Shown here piece after piece: positions 1 to 8,586 of a DNA stretch of 56,152 nucleotides (its first letter is position 1; each line of letters begins with the position of its first letter). The DNA comes from a virus. Taxonomy: Duplodnaviria; Caudoviricetes. Made by a program: the position numbers and the translations under genes. The stretch is from the IMG/VR virus record IMGVR_UViG_3300027711_000002, positions 1 through 56,152 of that record; one strand, written 5' to 3'. Under the pieces are notes generated by a model. The model did not search any database and was not told where the DNA came from. It saw nothing but the letters and a program-made list of their open reading frames with translations.

Positions 1-127
1 TCCTTCTCCGCCACGCGCGCCTCCAGGTACTCCTGGAGTTCCATGCGGGTACCGGTGTACAGGTCGTCCCGCCCCTTCAGGTCCTCGAAGGGAGACGGGC
101 ACGAGCACCCGGCGTCGCTGGCCCAGA
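1..127. repeat. Exact terminal duplication of 56026-56152 (circular assembly overlap)
   Basis: First 127 nt are identical to the last 127 nt, and an ORF reads through the junction. Confidence 0.95.
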
Positions 128-266
128 ACAGGACGTTGGAGTTCTCCGCGTCCCGCCACACGGCGGTCAGGTTGAACTGGAAGGACTCCTCGTCCCACTC
201 GATCTCACCGATGAACTCCAGTCCGAAGTTCCCCGGCCTGTTGTAGGGGTTGTCGTCCCAGCTCAT
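1..266 (-). CDS. Hypothetical protein spanning the assembly junction (5' part; continues at 55920-56152)
   Basis: ATG at 266-264 after AGTGAGGAG RBS; reads MSWDDNPYNRPGNFGLEFIGEIEW...GCSCPSPF... to a TGA at 55920. Confidence 0.8.
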   Translation of the reverse strand, partial: MSWDDNPYNRPGNFGLEFIGEIEWDEESFQFNLTAVWRDAENSNVLFWASDAGCSCPSPFEDLKGRDDLYTGTRMELQEYLEARVAEK

Positions 267-323
267 AGCACTCCTCACTTCTCGACTGCACTGTCTGTAA
301 TGTCCGCCATGATAGCGGGGAAG

Positions 324-354
324 GGGCGCGGATGTTGACAGATATCCGCGCCCC
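324..354. terminator. GC-rich hairpin, terminator-like
   Basis: GGGGCGCGGAT...ATCCGCGCCCC inverted repeat downstream of 370-666. Confidence 0.55.
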
Positions 355-369
355 AACCTCACACCATGG

Positions 370-666
370 TCACGACTTCGGGACCTTGGCCCGGGTGTTC
401 TCGCTGGCCCACTGGTCCAGCGCCGGAAGCTGGCCGATGCTCCAGCCGTAGTTGGCGTACCCGTTGTCCTGACGAATCGTCACAGCGGGCTCGGGCATGG
501 GGTTGGCCGCTCCCTTGCCCGGCCCGTACCGCTTGATCCACGAGTGCACAGCCTGGCGTGTGCGTCCGTACCTCTTGGCCAGAGCACCGATGCCCAGGTA
601 CTCCTCGCCGTCCTTGACGACGAGTTCTGCCGCCTCCTCCATGTCCTGCTCCTGTCTCTCGCTCAC
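370..666 (-). CDS. HTH DNA-binding protein
   Basis: IGALAKRYGRTRQAVHSWIKRY is HTH-like. Confidence 0.65.
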   Translation of the reverse strand: MSERQEQDMEEAAELVVKDGEEYLGIGALAKRYGRTRQAVHSWIKRYGPGKGAANPMPEPAVTIRQDNGYANYGWSIGQLPALDQWASENTRAKVPKS

Positions 667-872
667 GCCACCACGTCCTTCTGCTGGTGCTTGTTCAGGA
701 GGTGCCTCACGTAGAGCAGGCAGGCCAGGTTGACGGCTGCTGCCGCGCCGTTGCGCAGCATGTCTCCCGTGTCCTCGCCCGCCGACATGATGGCCAGCCC
801 GGCGTTCAGGCTGCCGAAGCCCATGTTCATGAGCACGGTGAACACGAGCACGGGGTTGTACGGGGTCCTCAC
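663..872 (-). CDS. Small membrane protein
   Basis: Two hydrophobic segments; 4-nt overlaps with both neighbours. Confidence 0.7.
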   Translation of the reverse strand: MRTPYNPVLVFTVLMNMGFGSLNAGLAIMSAGEDTGDMLRNGAAAAVNLACLLYVRHLLNKHQQKDVVA

Positions 873-1234
873 TGCCCGTCCTCCTGCTTCTGCCCCGAGG
901 CGGAGCCGACGAACTTCGGCGTCTTCAGTGCCGACAGCGCCCGCATCTGCGCGCGGTTGTACTGCGTGATCAGCCCGGCGTTGACCACCTCCAGCACACG
1001 CAGCGCTTCCCGCGCCGTGTGGCCCAGGAACCCGTTACCTCCGGGCACCAGCCCCGTGTCTCCGTAACCACCGATCCCGTCCGTGGCGGTGTGCAGGCGG
1101 TAGGGGATGCCGTTCATCCGCTCGGCCTCGATCAACACCAGGACCTGATCATCTCGGAGCAGTCCCACCTTGCGCATGTTCTTGCTGACGTTCTCCGACA
1201 TCTGACGAACGTGCTTCACAGTAACCCGACTCAT
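869..1234 (-). CDS. Hypothetical protein
   Basis: ATG at 1234 after AGTGAGGAG; packed in the operon. Confidence 0.75.
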   Translation of the reverse strand: MSRVTVKHVRQMSENVSKNMRKVGLLRDDQVLVLIEAERMNGIPYRLHTATDGIGGYGDTGLVPGGNGFLGHTAREALRVLEVVNAGLITQYNRAQMRALSALKTPKFVGSASGQKQEDGQ

Positions 1235-1300
1235 GTTACATCTCCTCACTCTTCCTCGGGCTGAACACCCGATCGGACTTCTCGCTGAGCACAGCCCTCC

Positions 1301-1396
1301 TCAGATGCTGATGAACAGCCAGATGATGCCGATGGTCAGCAGAGCACCGGCGGCCACGCCCACGGCGACACCCGCAGCCGTGGCCAAGAACTGCAT
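1301..1396 (-). CDS. 31-aa single-TM peptide
   Basis: MQFLATAAGVAVGVAAGALLTIGIIWLFISI; below the ORF-track cutoff. Confidence 0.5.
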   Translation of the reverse strand: MQFLATAAGVAVGVAAGALLTIGIIWLFISI

Positions 1397-1425
1397 GAGC
1401 AGGCTACCGCCTGCTCTCCTGCGCC

Positions 1426-1866
1426 TCACCATCCCTGCCGCCCGATGGTGCCCTCGTGGCTCAGCTCGGACCGCTCGGTCTCCACCCAGAAGAAGGACTG
1501 TCCCTTCAGGGCGTAGGAGGCCGTGTGCTGGTGCTGCGTGGTCGTCAGGCTGTGGCGGAAGGGCGGCATGTGCACACCACCCGAGCCGTCCACCCAGGCG
1601 ATCACGGTGTTGTACGACTCCACGATGTAGGCCACGTGCAGGCGCTCCATCTGGTCCGACATCGTGTGGAAGTACTCGGCGGGCAGCGCACCCTCACGAC
1701 CTTCGGCCGTTCCGTAGTACCCAACCACCTCCAGCGGGCGGTATCCCCTCATGCTGTGCTTGATGTCCAGGTAGTCCCGGACGTACTTGCTAGCCCGGAC
1801 GCCGAAGTCCAGCCGGTCCTCGATGGCGCGGCCCGCGTCCTTCATACGGATGTTCTGGAGCTGCAT
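1426..1866 (-). CDS. Hypothetical protein
   Basis: Start MQLQ after GAGGAG; GC3-rich codons. Confidence 0.75.
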   Translation of the reverse strand: MQLQNIRMKDAGRAIEDRLDFGVRASKYVRDYLDIKHSMRGYRPLEVVGYYGTAEGREGALPAEYFHTMSDQMERLHVAYIVESYNTVIAWVDGSGGVHMPPFRHSLTTTQHQHTASYALKGQSFFWVETERSELSHEGTIGRQGW

Positions 1867-1868
1867 GG

Positions 1869-2063
1869 TTACTTCTCCTCGTAGTTCGCGGGTAGTTCGT
1901 AAGCCGCAGCCAGTTTTTGGATGTCCTTGAGGGGGATACCGATCATGTCTCCGCCTCGATCCGCCAGCCACCCCTTGTCCACCCAGGCGAAGCCGTTACT
2001 GTCAACGGCCCACATGTGGCCATTGACTTTGAGCCATTCCCATGTCACAGGCTGTCTCTTCAC
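1869..2063 (-). CDS. Hypothetical protein
   Basis: GTG start after GGAGGAG, overlapping the upstream stop. Confidence 0.65.
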   Translation of the reverse strand: MKRQPVTWEWLKVNGHMWAVDSNGFAWVDKGWLADRGGDMIGIPLKDIQKLAAAYELPANYEEK

Positions 2064-2269
2064 TTCTCCTCCCGCAGGTCCTTGACCTGCACGCTCTCGT
2101 AGTCCGAGTGGACGTCTTCGAACCCGTTCCGGCACGCCTTGGACAGGTGCTGTGCACAGGTGTACGTGCCCTTGAGTTCCTTGTCCCGGTTCACCCAGCG
2201 CACCCAGAACGTAGCCACGGCACTGCACGTGAACTCTGGGTAGTTGGACTGCTTCTGTCTGCAACGCAT
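2060..2269 (-). CDS. Small Cys-containing hypothetical protein
   Basis: MRCRQ start after GAGG; CxxH motif. Confidence 0.65.
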   Translation of the reverse strand: MRCRQKQSNYPEFTCSAVATFWVRWVNRDKELKGTYTCAQHLSKACRNGFEDVHSDYESVQVKDLREEK

Positions 2270-2429
2270 CGCTACCTCTTCACCGCTGGCTGATCCCAGC
2301 AGGCAGGCCACAGCCCGAAGGCTGCGGCCCACCCTCCCGGATCAGGTGTCGTCGTCCTGCGAGCACCAGCCCTGTGCCTGCTGGCGCTCCTCCTCGCTCG
2401 CCTCACTCACCCACTCGGGGCGCTCGTCT

Positions 2430-2660
2430 TCAGGTCCGAGCACTGGCGGTCACCTCCTTCCAGGTCTTGTGACGGCTCTCGGCCATCGCGATGAACTCGG
2501 CGGCCTCGGCTTGGCGGCCGAAGTCGTAGGCGTCCATCAGGATGGACACGGTCAGGCGGATGACGTCCCGGTCCTCGGGGTCCGCCTTGCCGTCGAACTC
2601 GTCCCGGATGATCTCCAGCAGCTCCCGAGCCAGGGGCTTCAGCTCCTCACGCCTGCTCAC
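2430..2660 (-). CDS. Hypothetical protein
   Basis: GTGA overlap with upstream gene; typical codon usage. Confidence 0.7.
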   Translation of the reverse strand: MSRREELKPLARELLEIIRDEFDGKADPEDRDVIRLTVSILMDAYDFGRQAEAAEFIAMAESRHKTWKEVTASART

Positions 2661-3028
2661 TTGAGCCCCCAGTCCCGCTTGTCCTCGGTGGCCCAGGCGA
2701 ACAGCGTCGCCAAGTTCACCGCGATCACGGGGAACTCGTTGATGTACAGCACGATGTGCTGCTCGTTGGCGAGCGACTGGTAGGCGTCGACCGACCTTCC
2801 CCAGAACCCGGCGTTGTCGAAGCTGCGGCCGAAGTGCAGGGCCGTCAGGTCCTGCTCGTCCGGCTCGTGCCAGTCCAGACGGGTGCCCACCTCGTTGGCG
2901 AAGTAGGCCAGCTCCTCGCGCTCGTCAACGCGGATGGGGTCCTCGAACCGGTACGACATGGGCTTGGCCACGCGGTCTCGGATGGCCTTCTGCTTGGCGG
3001 TACGCGGCTTGTTGTGGTCCTCGGTCAC
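2657..3028 (-). CDS. Hypothetical protein
   Basis: RBS-like AGTGAAGAG; typical codon usage. Confidence 0.75.
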   Translation of the reverse strand: MTEDHNKPRTAKQKAIRDRVAKPMSYRFEDPIRVDEREELAYFANEVGTRLDWHEPDEQDLTALHFGRSFDNAGFWGRSVDAYQSLANEQHIVLYINEFPVIAVNLATLFAWATEDKRDWGLK

Positions 3029-3081
3029 TTCTCTTCACTCCCTGTCCAGCCGCCCGGCCTGTCGCCGGGCGGCGCTCTCAC

Positions 3082-3399
3082 TCAGCGGGGGTTGTTCAAG
3101 CTCGCGCTCTTGATGTTGGCTGCCGCCTTCTTGGCCGCCTTCAGTGCTCCGTTGCGACTGGTGTAGGACTGGAAGCCGTCCAGCGTGGTGATGTCGCCGT
3201 CGTCCCAGGCCCGGCGGATGGTGTACCGGCGGACGTCACCCTCGCGCCGCTCGCTGGTCACGAAGAGCGCGCCGTCCTCCAGCGGGAAGACGTCCTGCAT
3301 GACCCGGCTCTTGAAGAACCGCATCGTGTCCGGGCTGAAGTAGTGCTGGCCGATCTTGGCGTTGGCGTCCTTGATGGCCTGGATGCTGAAGAGTGCCAC
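3082..3399 (-). CDS. Hypothetical phage protein
   Basis: HYFSPDTMRFFKSR segment recalled from small phage proteins; RBS GAGAGG. Confidence 0.75.
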   Translation of the reverse strand: MALFSIQAIKDANAKIGQHYFSPDTMRFFKSRVMQDVFPLEDGALFVTSERREGDVRRYTIRRAWDDGDITTLDGFQSYTSRNGALKAAKKAAANIKSASLNNPR

Positions 3400-3515
3400 G
3401 GTCTTACCCTCTCACTCGGAAGTAATGTCAGTCATGTTAGTGCTCGAAGTGAGCAGACGGTACACGGACGGGGTCAGGGTCCGTGTGCCATCCTCCTACT
3501 TCGCGCCCGGCTGGC

Positions 3516-3764
3516 TCAGCCGAGGTTGCGAACCTCGGGCTCCAGGTTCTCCACCTCGTCCGCCTCGTAGACGGACAGAGCCTCGTTGTAGCAAAGGTTC
3601 TTCGCTACGGTGTGCTCACCGGTCACGGTGTCCAGGTACGCCCCCGTGCCAGGCAGGATCTCCCCGACCTTGATGCCGGTCCGCGCCGTCAGCTCAGCCA
3701 GGTCCCGCAGGAACTCGGCCAGGTTGTCCCGCACCTCGGGCCGAAGGTTGTCGTGCTCACCCAT
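3516..3764 (-). CDS. Hypothetical protein
   Basis: MGEHDNL start after GAGGAGTGAG. Confidence 0.7.
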   Translation of the reverse strand: MGEHDNLRPEVRDNLAEFLRDLAELTARTGIKVGEILPGTGAYLDTVTGEHTVAKNLCYNEALSVYEADEVENLEPEVRNLG

Positions 3765-3802
3765 GCTCTCACTCCTCAATTGATGGTGTACTTCTTGGCT
3801 AC

Positions 3803-4039
3803 TCACTTGCGCACGCTCCAGCCCAGCGCCAGCAACAGCAGTCCCATTGCCAACACCGTGAACAGCAGCACCGGCCACGGCACCGTGATGATCAGGACCA
3901 CCAGCAGAGCCACGACGCACACCCAGAAGATCAGCAGCATGTTGCCCTCGGTGTGTGCTCCGTGCCTGCCCACGTGCTTCTGGAGGATGCGCAGCAGCTC
4001 GTGCCACCCCACACCCAGGATGTGGAGAACGCTCCGCAT
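3803..4039 (-). CDS. Membrane protein
   Basis: MRSVLH start after AAGGAGG; hydrophobic C-terminal half. Confidence 0.7.
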   Translation of the reverse strand: MRSVLHILGVGWHELLRILQKHVGRHGAHTEGNMLLIFWVCVVALLVVLIITVPWPVLLFTVLAMGLLLLALGWSVRK

Positions 4040-4218
4040 CGTCAGCCCTCCTTTCCGTAGCGCTGCCAGACCATGCCCACGTCCTCGACACGCTCGGGGG
4101 CCTTGTGCCAGTACATGTCGTAACCCATGCGTCACCTCTCGTCAAGCTGGCCGGTGTGCCAGCAGACAGCGCACACCCCAGCCCGAGCCGGGCGTGTGCG
4201 CCATCCCCCGTCACCGGA

Positions 4219-4464
4219 TCACTCGTCCTCGTCCTCCTCGAAGGGTCCCAGCCTCTCGTACTCCTCGCGGACGGCCGCCTCGGCGTCCTCCTCGTCGTCG
4301 TACGTGCCGAGCTGGTACTCCTTCAGCTCCTCGCGGTCACGGAAGGCGTAGGCGTACCAGAAGTCCCCGCAGTGGTCGCACTCCCCCTCTTCGATGTAGC
4401 CGATGACGATCTCGTCGTCACCGTCCGGAACCGTGATGTCGTTGGTGTCACCCGTTGCGCACAT
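4219..4464 (-). CDS. Acidic hypothetical protein with CxxC
   Basis: CDHC motif; AGTGAGGAG RBS. Confidence 0.7.
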   Translation of the reverse strand: MCATGDTNDITVPDGDDEIVIGYIEEGECDHCGDFWYAYAFRDREELKEYQLGTYDDEEDAEAAVREEYERLGPFEEDEDE

Positions 4465-4466
4465 GC

Positions 4467-4694
4467 TCAGCTCTTCTCCTCACTCAGCGGGACGGCCACC
4501 CACACACCGTCGTACTCGTCCCGCACCTTGAACCGCTCCCCGTCCACCAGGCGCATCCGCTGAACGAAGCGGAACGCCTGGTCACGGGTCAGGTCGTACA
4601 GCACACGCATGTCCGCGATGCCGCAGTTCAGGCCCAGCCACTCCGAGTTGTGGTTCTGTACCCACACTCCGTAGCGGCGCTCCTTCTCCGACAC
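4467..4694 (-). CDS. Hypothetical protein
   Basis: GTG start after GGAGG. Confidence 0.65.
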   Translation of the reverse strand: MSEKERRYGVWVQNHNSEWLGLNCGIADMRVLYDLTRDQAFRFVQRMRLVDGERFKVRDEYDGVWVAVPLSEEKS

Positions 4695-4695
4695 G

Positions 4696-4977
4696 TCAGT
4701 CCTCCATGTAGTAGGTCGTGTACCAGTGCTCCGGGATAAAGCTCCAGCCGTTCTCATGCTCGCAGTAGAGCACGGTCAGGCCAGCGTCACGGCCAAGCTC
4801 GGTAGGAAGCTCCAGCCCACAGCCAGAGTCGGTTTCACCCGCGAACTTGAGTCCCGCATAGGTGTACTCCGATGCGTAGGCCGTCCATTCACCGAAGGCA
4901 ACGAGTGCTCCGGTGATGCCGAAGGCCGACAGCACACCCACACCCGCACCGATCAGCAGCCCCTTGACCTTGTTCAT
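4696..4977 (-). CDS. Membrane-anchored hypothetical protein
   Basis: MNKVK start after GGAG; N-terminal TM segment. Confidence 0.7.
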   Translation of the reverse strand: MNKVKGLLIGAGVGVLSAFGITGALVAFGEWTAYASEYTYAGLKFAGETDSGCGLELPTELGRDAGLTVLYCEHENGWSFIPEHWYTTYYMED

Positions 4978-4978
4978 G

Positions 4979-5554
4979 TCACTCTCCGTCCTTGAATGCC
5001 TGCGGGTAGTTGTAACGCATGACGTCGTGGATCTCCTCGTCCTCCCACGGGTCCATGACCTCGGCCAGGATGGCGCCCACCTCAACCCAGACGACGAACT
5101 TCTCGTCAATGTCGGGGAACTCCACGGTCGCACGGCGCTTGACCGTGATGTCCACGACCACTCCGCCCTGCTCCGGAGCGTAGTCGTCCGCGTGCTTCCA
5201 AGTGATCTGGTGATCCTCCTTCAGCTTGGGCTTCTCCCCCTCCAGCAGGGGCAGACGTCCGTTCGAGTCCAGCCGAGCGATGACGGCCAGCTTGTCCGCC
5301 ACGTCCTGCTCACTCAGCCCGGGAAGGACGTCATCGGTCACAACGGTGCTGTAGCACAGCTCCCAGCCTCCGCCACGGTTGAACTTCAGGACAGCCAGCT
5401 CCCACAGATCTCCGCTGGGGATCACCGACGCACCGAAGTTGTTGGGGAAGCGGAACCGGTAGGCGTATCCGCTCCCGGTCCAGTGCGCCTCCTTGGTAAT
5501 CGGCGCGAAGTCCGTGGGGAACGGACTCGACAGCGCGTGCAGGTTCTCACCCAT
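4979..5554 (-). CDS. Hypothetical phage protein
   Basis: FRFPNNFGASVI...WELAVL segment; AGTGAGGAG RBS. Confidence 0.75.
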   Translation of the reverse strand: MGENLHALSSPFPTDFAPITKEAHWTGSGYAYRFRFPNNFGASVIPSGDLWELAVLKFNRGGGWELCYSTVVTDDVLPGLSEQDVADKLAVIARLDSNGRLPLLEGEKPKLKEDHQITWKHADDYAPEQGGVVVDITVKRRATVEFPDIDEKFVVWVEVGAILAEVMDPWEDEEIHDVMRYNYPQAFKDGE

Positions 5555-5637
5555 GGTGTATCTCTCCTCACTCACTGGCAGGGTGCCAGTATCGGGCGCA
5601 CGGGCCGGAGCCCGTGCACCCTCCTACCGTCTCCCTG

Positions 5638-6612
5638 CTACTCGTTGACCACGTACGTGTCCTTGAGCTTCATACGCTTGACCCACTCCCGACGATTGGC
5701 GAACCACTCGTAGTAGTAGCCGTCCGTCCAGCGGATGACGAGTCCATCCCCGTTCGAGGGGTCGAAGTCGTACATCTCCTGGCACGCCTCGTCCGCCTCC
5801 TCCCGCCGGATGCGGAAGTCCTCCCCGCAGGAGGGGCACAGCGGGTTGGGGTGCCTCTCGACTCCGTCAGCTTCTACGTCGAACCAGTCCCCGCAGTCGT
5901 TGCACTCCGAGTAGTCGTCCGACTCCTCCAAGTACTCCTGCGGGTCCTTGTTCCACCCGCACTCCGGGCACGTGCTGTCCAGCTCGCCCCGGAACTCCTG
6001 CTCCAGTACGTCAGCGTCGATGGACGAGTCCAGACGCGGAAGGGACTGGTGGAAGACCGCACGCCACATGTCGTCCATGATCTCGGACTCCGCCTCTTCG
6101 TTGAGGATGGGGTAGTCCGACAGCGCGCGCTCGATCGAGAGCACTTCCTTCTGAATGGCCACGGCTCCCAGGTCGTAGAGGTACACGTCTTCCGTGCCCT
6201 CGAACCAGCGTTCGCGGTCCTCACCTTCCTCCGCGCGGTAGTCGCGAAGGTCCGCCTCCTTCAAGGCAGCCTCAATGGCCTGGCCGTTGGACGCGAGGAT
6301 GGCCACCTCACACATGTGACCGTTGCCGACCGTGTGACGTCCGTAGTCGTCCGACGTCACGCCAGCGTGGAAGAGGGAACCGTCCGCGTTGGTGACGACA
6401 CCGATCCCGGTCCAGCCCTCCTCCTGCACGTGGTCGTACATCTCCTCGACCATGTTCCGGAAGTGCCAGTTGTCCATCACGAGCCGGTACAGCTCGTTCT
6501 GAAGCAGAACGGTGTCCCCGTCCGCGAACTGGTACTCCGTCACGTCCACCTCTCCGATGGCAGCGGCTTCACCGTGCTTGTCGAACCGGATTTCGTGCAT
6601 GATGCGCTCCAC
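5638..6612 (-). CDS. Acidic protein with three CxxC pairs (Zn-binding)
   Basis: CPEC, CNDC, CPSC; start uncertain (6600, 6612 or 6630). Confidence 0.75.
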   Translation of the reverse strand: MERIMHEIRFDKHGEAAAIGEVDVTEYQFADGDTVLLQNELYRLVMDNWHFRNMVEEMYDHVQEEGWTGIGVVTNADGSLFHAGVTSDDYGRHTVGNGHMCEVAILASNGQAIEAALKEADLRDYRAEEGEDRERWFEGTEDVYLYDLGAVAIQKEVLSIERALSDYPILNEEAESEIMDDMWRAVFHQSLPRLDSSIDADVLEQEFRGELDSTCPECGWNKDPQEYLEESDDYSECNDCGDWFDVEADGVERHPNPLCPSCGEDFRIRREEADEACQEMYDFDPSNGDGLVIRWTDGYYYEWFANRREWVKRMKLKDTYVVNE

Positions 6613-6683
6613 TTCTCTCACTGCTGACACACTGTGGTGTGCGCCAACACCGCCGGTCCCCCGCAGGGGACCGACAGAATCGG

Positions 6684-6911
6684 TTACACATCCTCCAGCA
6701 CCAGTCCGCTCCGCCGCAGACTGGCCTTCAGGTTCTTCAGGGTCCGCACATCCGAGAACGTCACCCCGCAGAACACGGGCGGTTTCGACTTGTCAGGCGG
6801 AAGGAACTTGACGTGACTCCTGCCGGTCTCCGTGACTTTCCACCCCTGAAGGCGGGCAGCACGCATGATCGGTCGGAGTTCCTTGTTAGACGATTGGTAC
6901 GTCTTACCCAC
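6684..6911 (-). CDS. HicA-like mRNA interferase-fold protein
   Basis: GWKVTETGRSHVKF pattern (GW...G.SH.K) and size match the HicA family. Confidence 0.65.
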   Translation of the reverse strand: MGKTYQSSNKELRPIMRAARLQGWKVTETGRSHVKFLPPDKSKPPVFCGVTFSDVRTLKNLKASLRRSGLVLEDV

Positions 6912-7167
6912 CCGTCACCACTTCCCTAAGAAAGTAGGTGCTCCTGGTCTGCCGGTTCGGTCCACACGAACACGGCGCGGTAGAGAACTCGAAGTACTCC
7001 ACCACCGCGCTCTGTCCGTCTTCAGCCACCGACACCACACGCCCGGCCACGTACTCCAGGTGCGTCCAGGTACGGCAGGATTCCCCGTTGGGCATGTGGA
7101 AGACGGGCTTCACCAGCACGTTCTGTCCAGCCTTCAGGGTCCTGTGCTTGGGCATAGGTCTCTCCAC
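6904..7167 (-). CDS. Hypothetical protein
   Basis: Operon packing; start may be the ATG at 7155. Confidence 0.6.
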   Translation of the reverse strand: MERPMPKHRTLKAGQNVLVKPVFHMPNGESCRTWTHLEYVAGRVVSVAEDGQSAVVEYFEFSTAPCSCGPNRQTRSTYFLREVVTGG

Positions 7168-7243
7168 TCACTCACTGACTGCGGTGTGCAGCCATGGCAG
7201 GGCACACCCCCGGTGTGGGGGTGTGCTCCACCACGTGCGCACA

Positions 7244-7693
7244 TCACACGATGGGACGGTACTCCCAGTCCTTACGGGAAATTTCACTCAGGTACACAGT
7301 CCGGACACGTCCACTGACGTCCTTGGCGCGAAGCCAGTTCGCCATACGGATACGGGCGTTGCGCACGAACTCCAGGGTCTCCCCGTTCTTGAGAACGACG
7401 ACCCGGACGCGCTTGACACGCACCTTCACCTCAAGGTCACCGAACACGACCATGGAAAACTGCTGGTTGTTGTCAGCCCACTTCTTGCCGTGTCCGAAGC
7501 CCTTGATCTCGACCTTGGCCGGAACGAGCTTGCCGTCCCGGGTCTCGACCTTGACAGTCCCGTCCGCCTCACGAACGGGCTCGACGCTGGTCACCTTCAG
7601 GAAGTCCGGGAGCTTCGCACCCGCCTTGAAGCGGGCAATGTTCCCGGGGCGCACCTGGTAGGCCAGAACTTCAGCAGTCTTAGGGGCAGCCAT
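7244..7693 (-). CDS. Basic hypothetical protein
   Basis: MAAPK start after GGAG; typical codon usage. Confidence 0.75.
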   Translation of the reverse strand: MAAPKTAEVLAYQVRPGNIARFKAGAKLPDFLKVTSVEPVREADGTVKVETRDGKLVPAKVEIKGFGHGKKWADNNQQFSMVVFGDLEVKVRVKRVRVVVLKNGETLEFVRNARIRMANWLRAKDVSGRVRTVYLSEISRKDWEYRPIV

Positions 7694-7789
7694 GGCATAT
7701 CTCCACTTCTCACGAGGTTCTGAAAGATGGCTCATTCAGGCCGTGGTCTCTCACACCACAACGACGCGCACACCGCGCGTTTCGCCTTG

Positions 7790-8281
7790 TTACTGGAACG
7801 AAGCGGTCAGGTTCTCGGTACGGATGACCGAGAACTGTCGCGTTCCGTTCTCGTGTTCTCCCCACCAGTAGGCCAGCTTGCGCACGACCTTGACCGGCTT
7901 GCCCCAACGGCGCACCTGCGCTTCGGCTCCACCGAAGCTGTGCGCGGTGGTGCACGGGCGGTCCTCCCAAGACAGCGTGTAACTGACCTTGAGTTCACCG
8001 GTCGTGGGGACCATGACGTACTGCTGCACGGTCACCGGAGTGTTCAGCATCTCCGTCTGAACACGGTCACCATGCCGCTGCGTACGGATGCGCACGGTCT
8101 GACCAGTGGCGGACTCGATACGGCTGGCCAGGGTTCGGGCGGCATCTCGCGCCGCTCCACCCATCCGCGAACCGATCGACCGATTGTCCAGGTCGGCACT
8201 GTGCCCGACGTACACCGTCGTGATGTCGGTGCTGGTCGGGATGATGTCAACCCACTTGATTCCGGACATGTCACGCTCCAC
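7790..8281 (-). CDS. Hypothetical protein, first gene downstream of the ncRNA locus
   Basis: AGTGAGAAG/GGAG upstream; start 8281 or 8269. Confidence 0.7.
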   Translation of the reverse strand: MERDMSGIKWVDIIPTSTDITTVYVGHSADLDNRSIGSRMGGAARDAARTLASRIESATGQTVRIRTQRHGDRVQTEMLNTPVTVQQYVMVPTTGELKVSYTLSWEDRPCTTAHSFGGAEAQVRRWGKPVKVVRKLAYWWGEHENGTRQFSVIRTENLTASFQ

Positions 8282-8288
8282 TTCTCAC

Positions 8289-8560
8289 TACGCACACACC
8301 GTGTGTGCGTACGGCTTGCGCCGTGGGAGGGCAGGGATTGCAAGAGGGAACCCGGTTGGTTCGGCCCTGCCCTCTCACGACGGGAGAGTGTCACACCAGC
8401 ACACACGCACTCAGTCCGAAGACCAGACTGTGTGTGCGCTGCACTCTCCGCGCCGTTCGCCCTACCGTGGAGTAGTAGGACTTCCGTCCCGCCCGGTAGC
8501 GCGCTGTGCATTCCGCTGTGCGGATCACCCAACGCGCTACCCGTTCACCTGTGAAGGTGT
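8289..8560 (-). ncRNA. Multi-hairpin structured block (3' part of the P1 transcript or a leader)
   Basis: Inverted repeats TACGCACACAC/GTGTGTGCGTA, CGTGGGAGGGCAGGG/CCCTGCCCTCTCACG, GGAGAGTG/CACTCTCC, GGTAGCGCG/CGCGCTACC. Confidence 0.55.
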
Positions 8561-8565
8561 GGCGG

Positions 8566-8582
8566 TAACAGCATTGACATTA
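8566..8582 (+). promoter_or_regulatory. 17-bp operator-like motif (related copies at 298, 3423, 11171, 20613, 51443)
   Basis: TAACAGCATTGACATTA; consensus of six copies approx. TAACAkSAnTGACATTA. Confidence 0.6.
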
Positions 8583-8586
8583 CGAT

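Noticed and set aside
335-340. TTGACA promoter box (also at 10414)
   Set aside because: No -10 element at suitable spacing; the first lies in a hairpin loop.
8475-8490. GGGACGGAAGTCCTAC as a mimic of the 16S decoding site (GGGACGAAGTCGTAAC)
   Set aside because: The position is suggestive, but it forms a simple GNRA hairpin that recurs in the P3 leader, and no convincing h44 partner strand is visible.
8563-8586. ATCGTAATGTCAATGCTG as 16S h43 homology
   Set aside because: It coincides with the 17-bp operator-like motif, which explains the sequence equally well.
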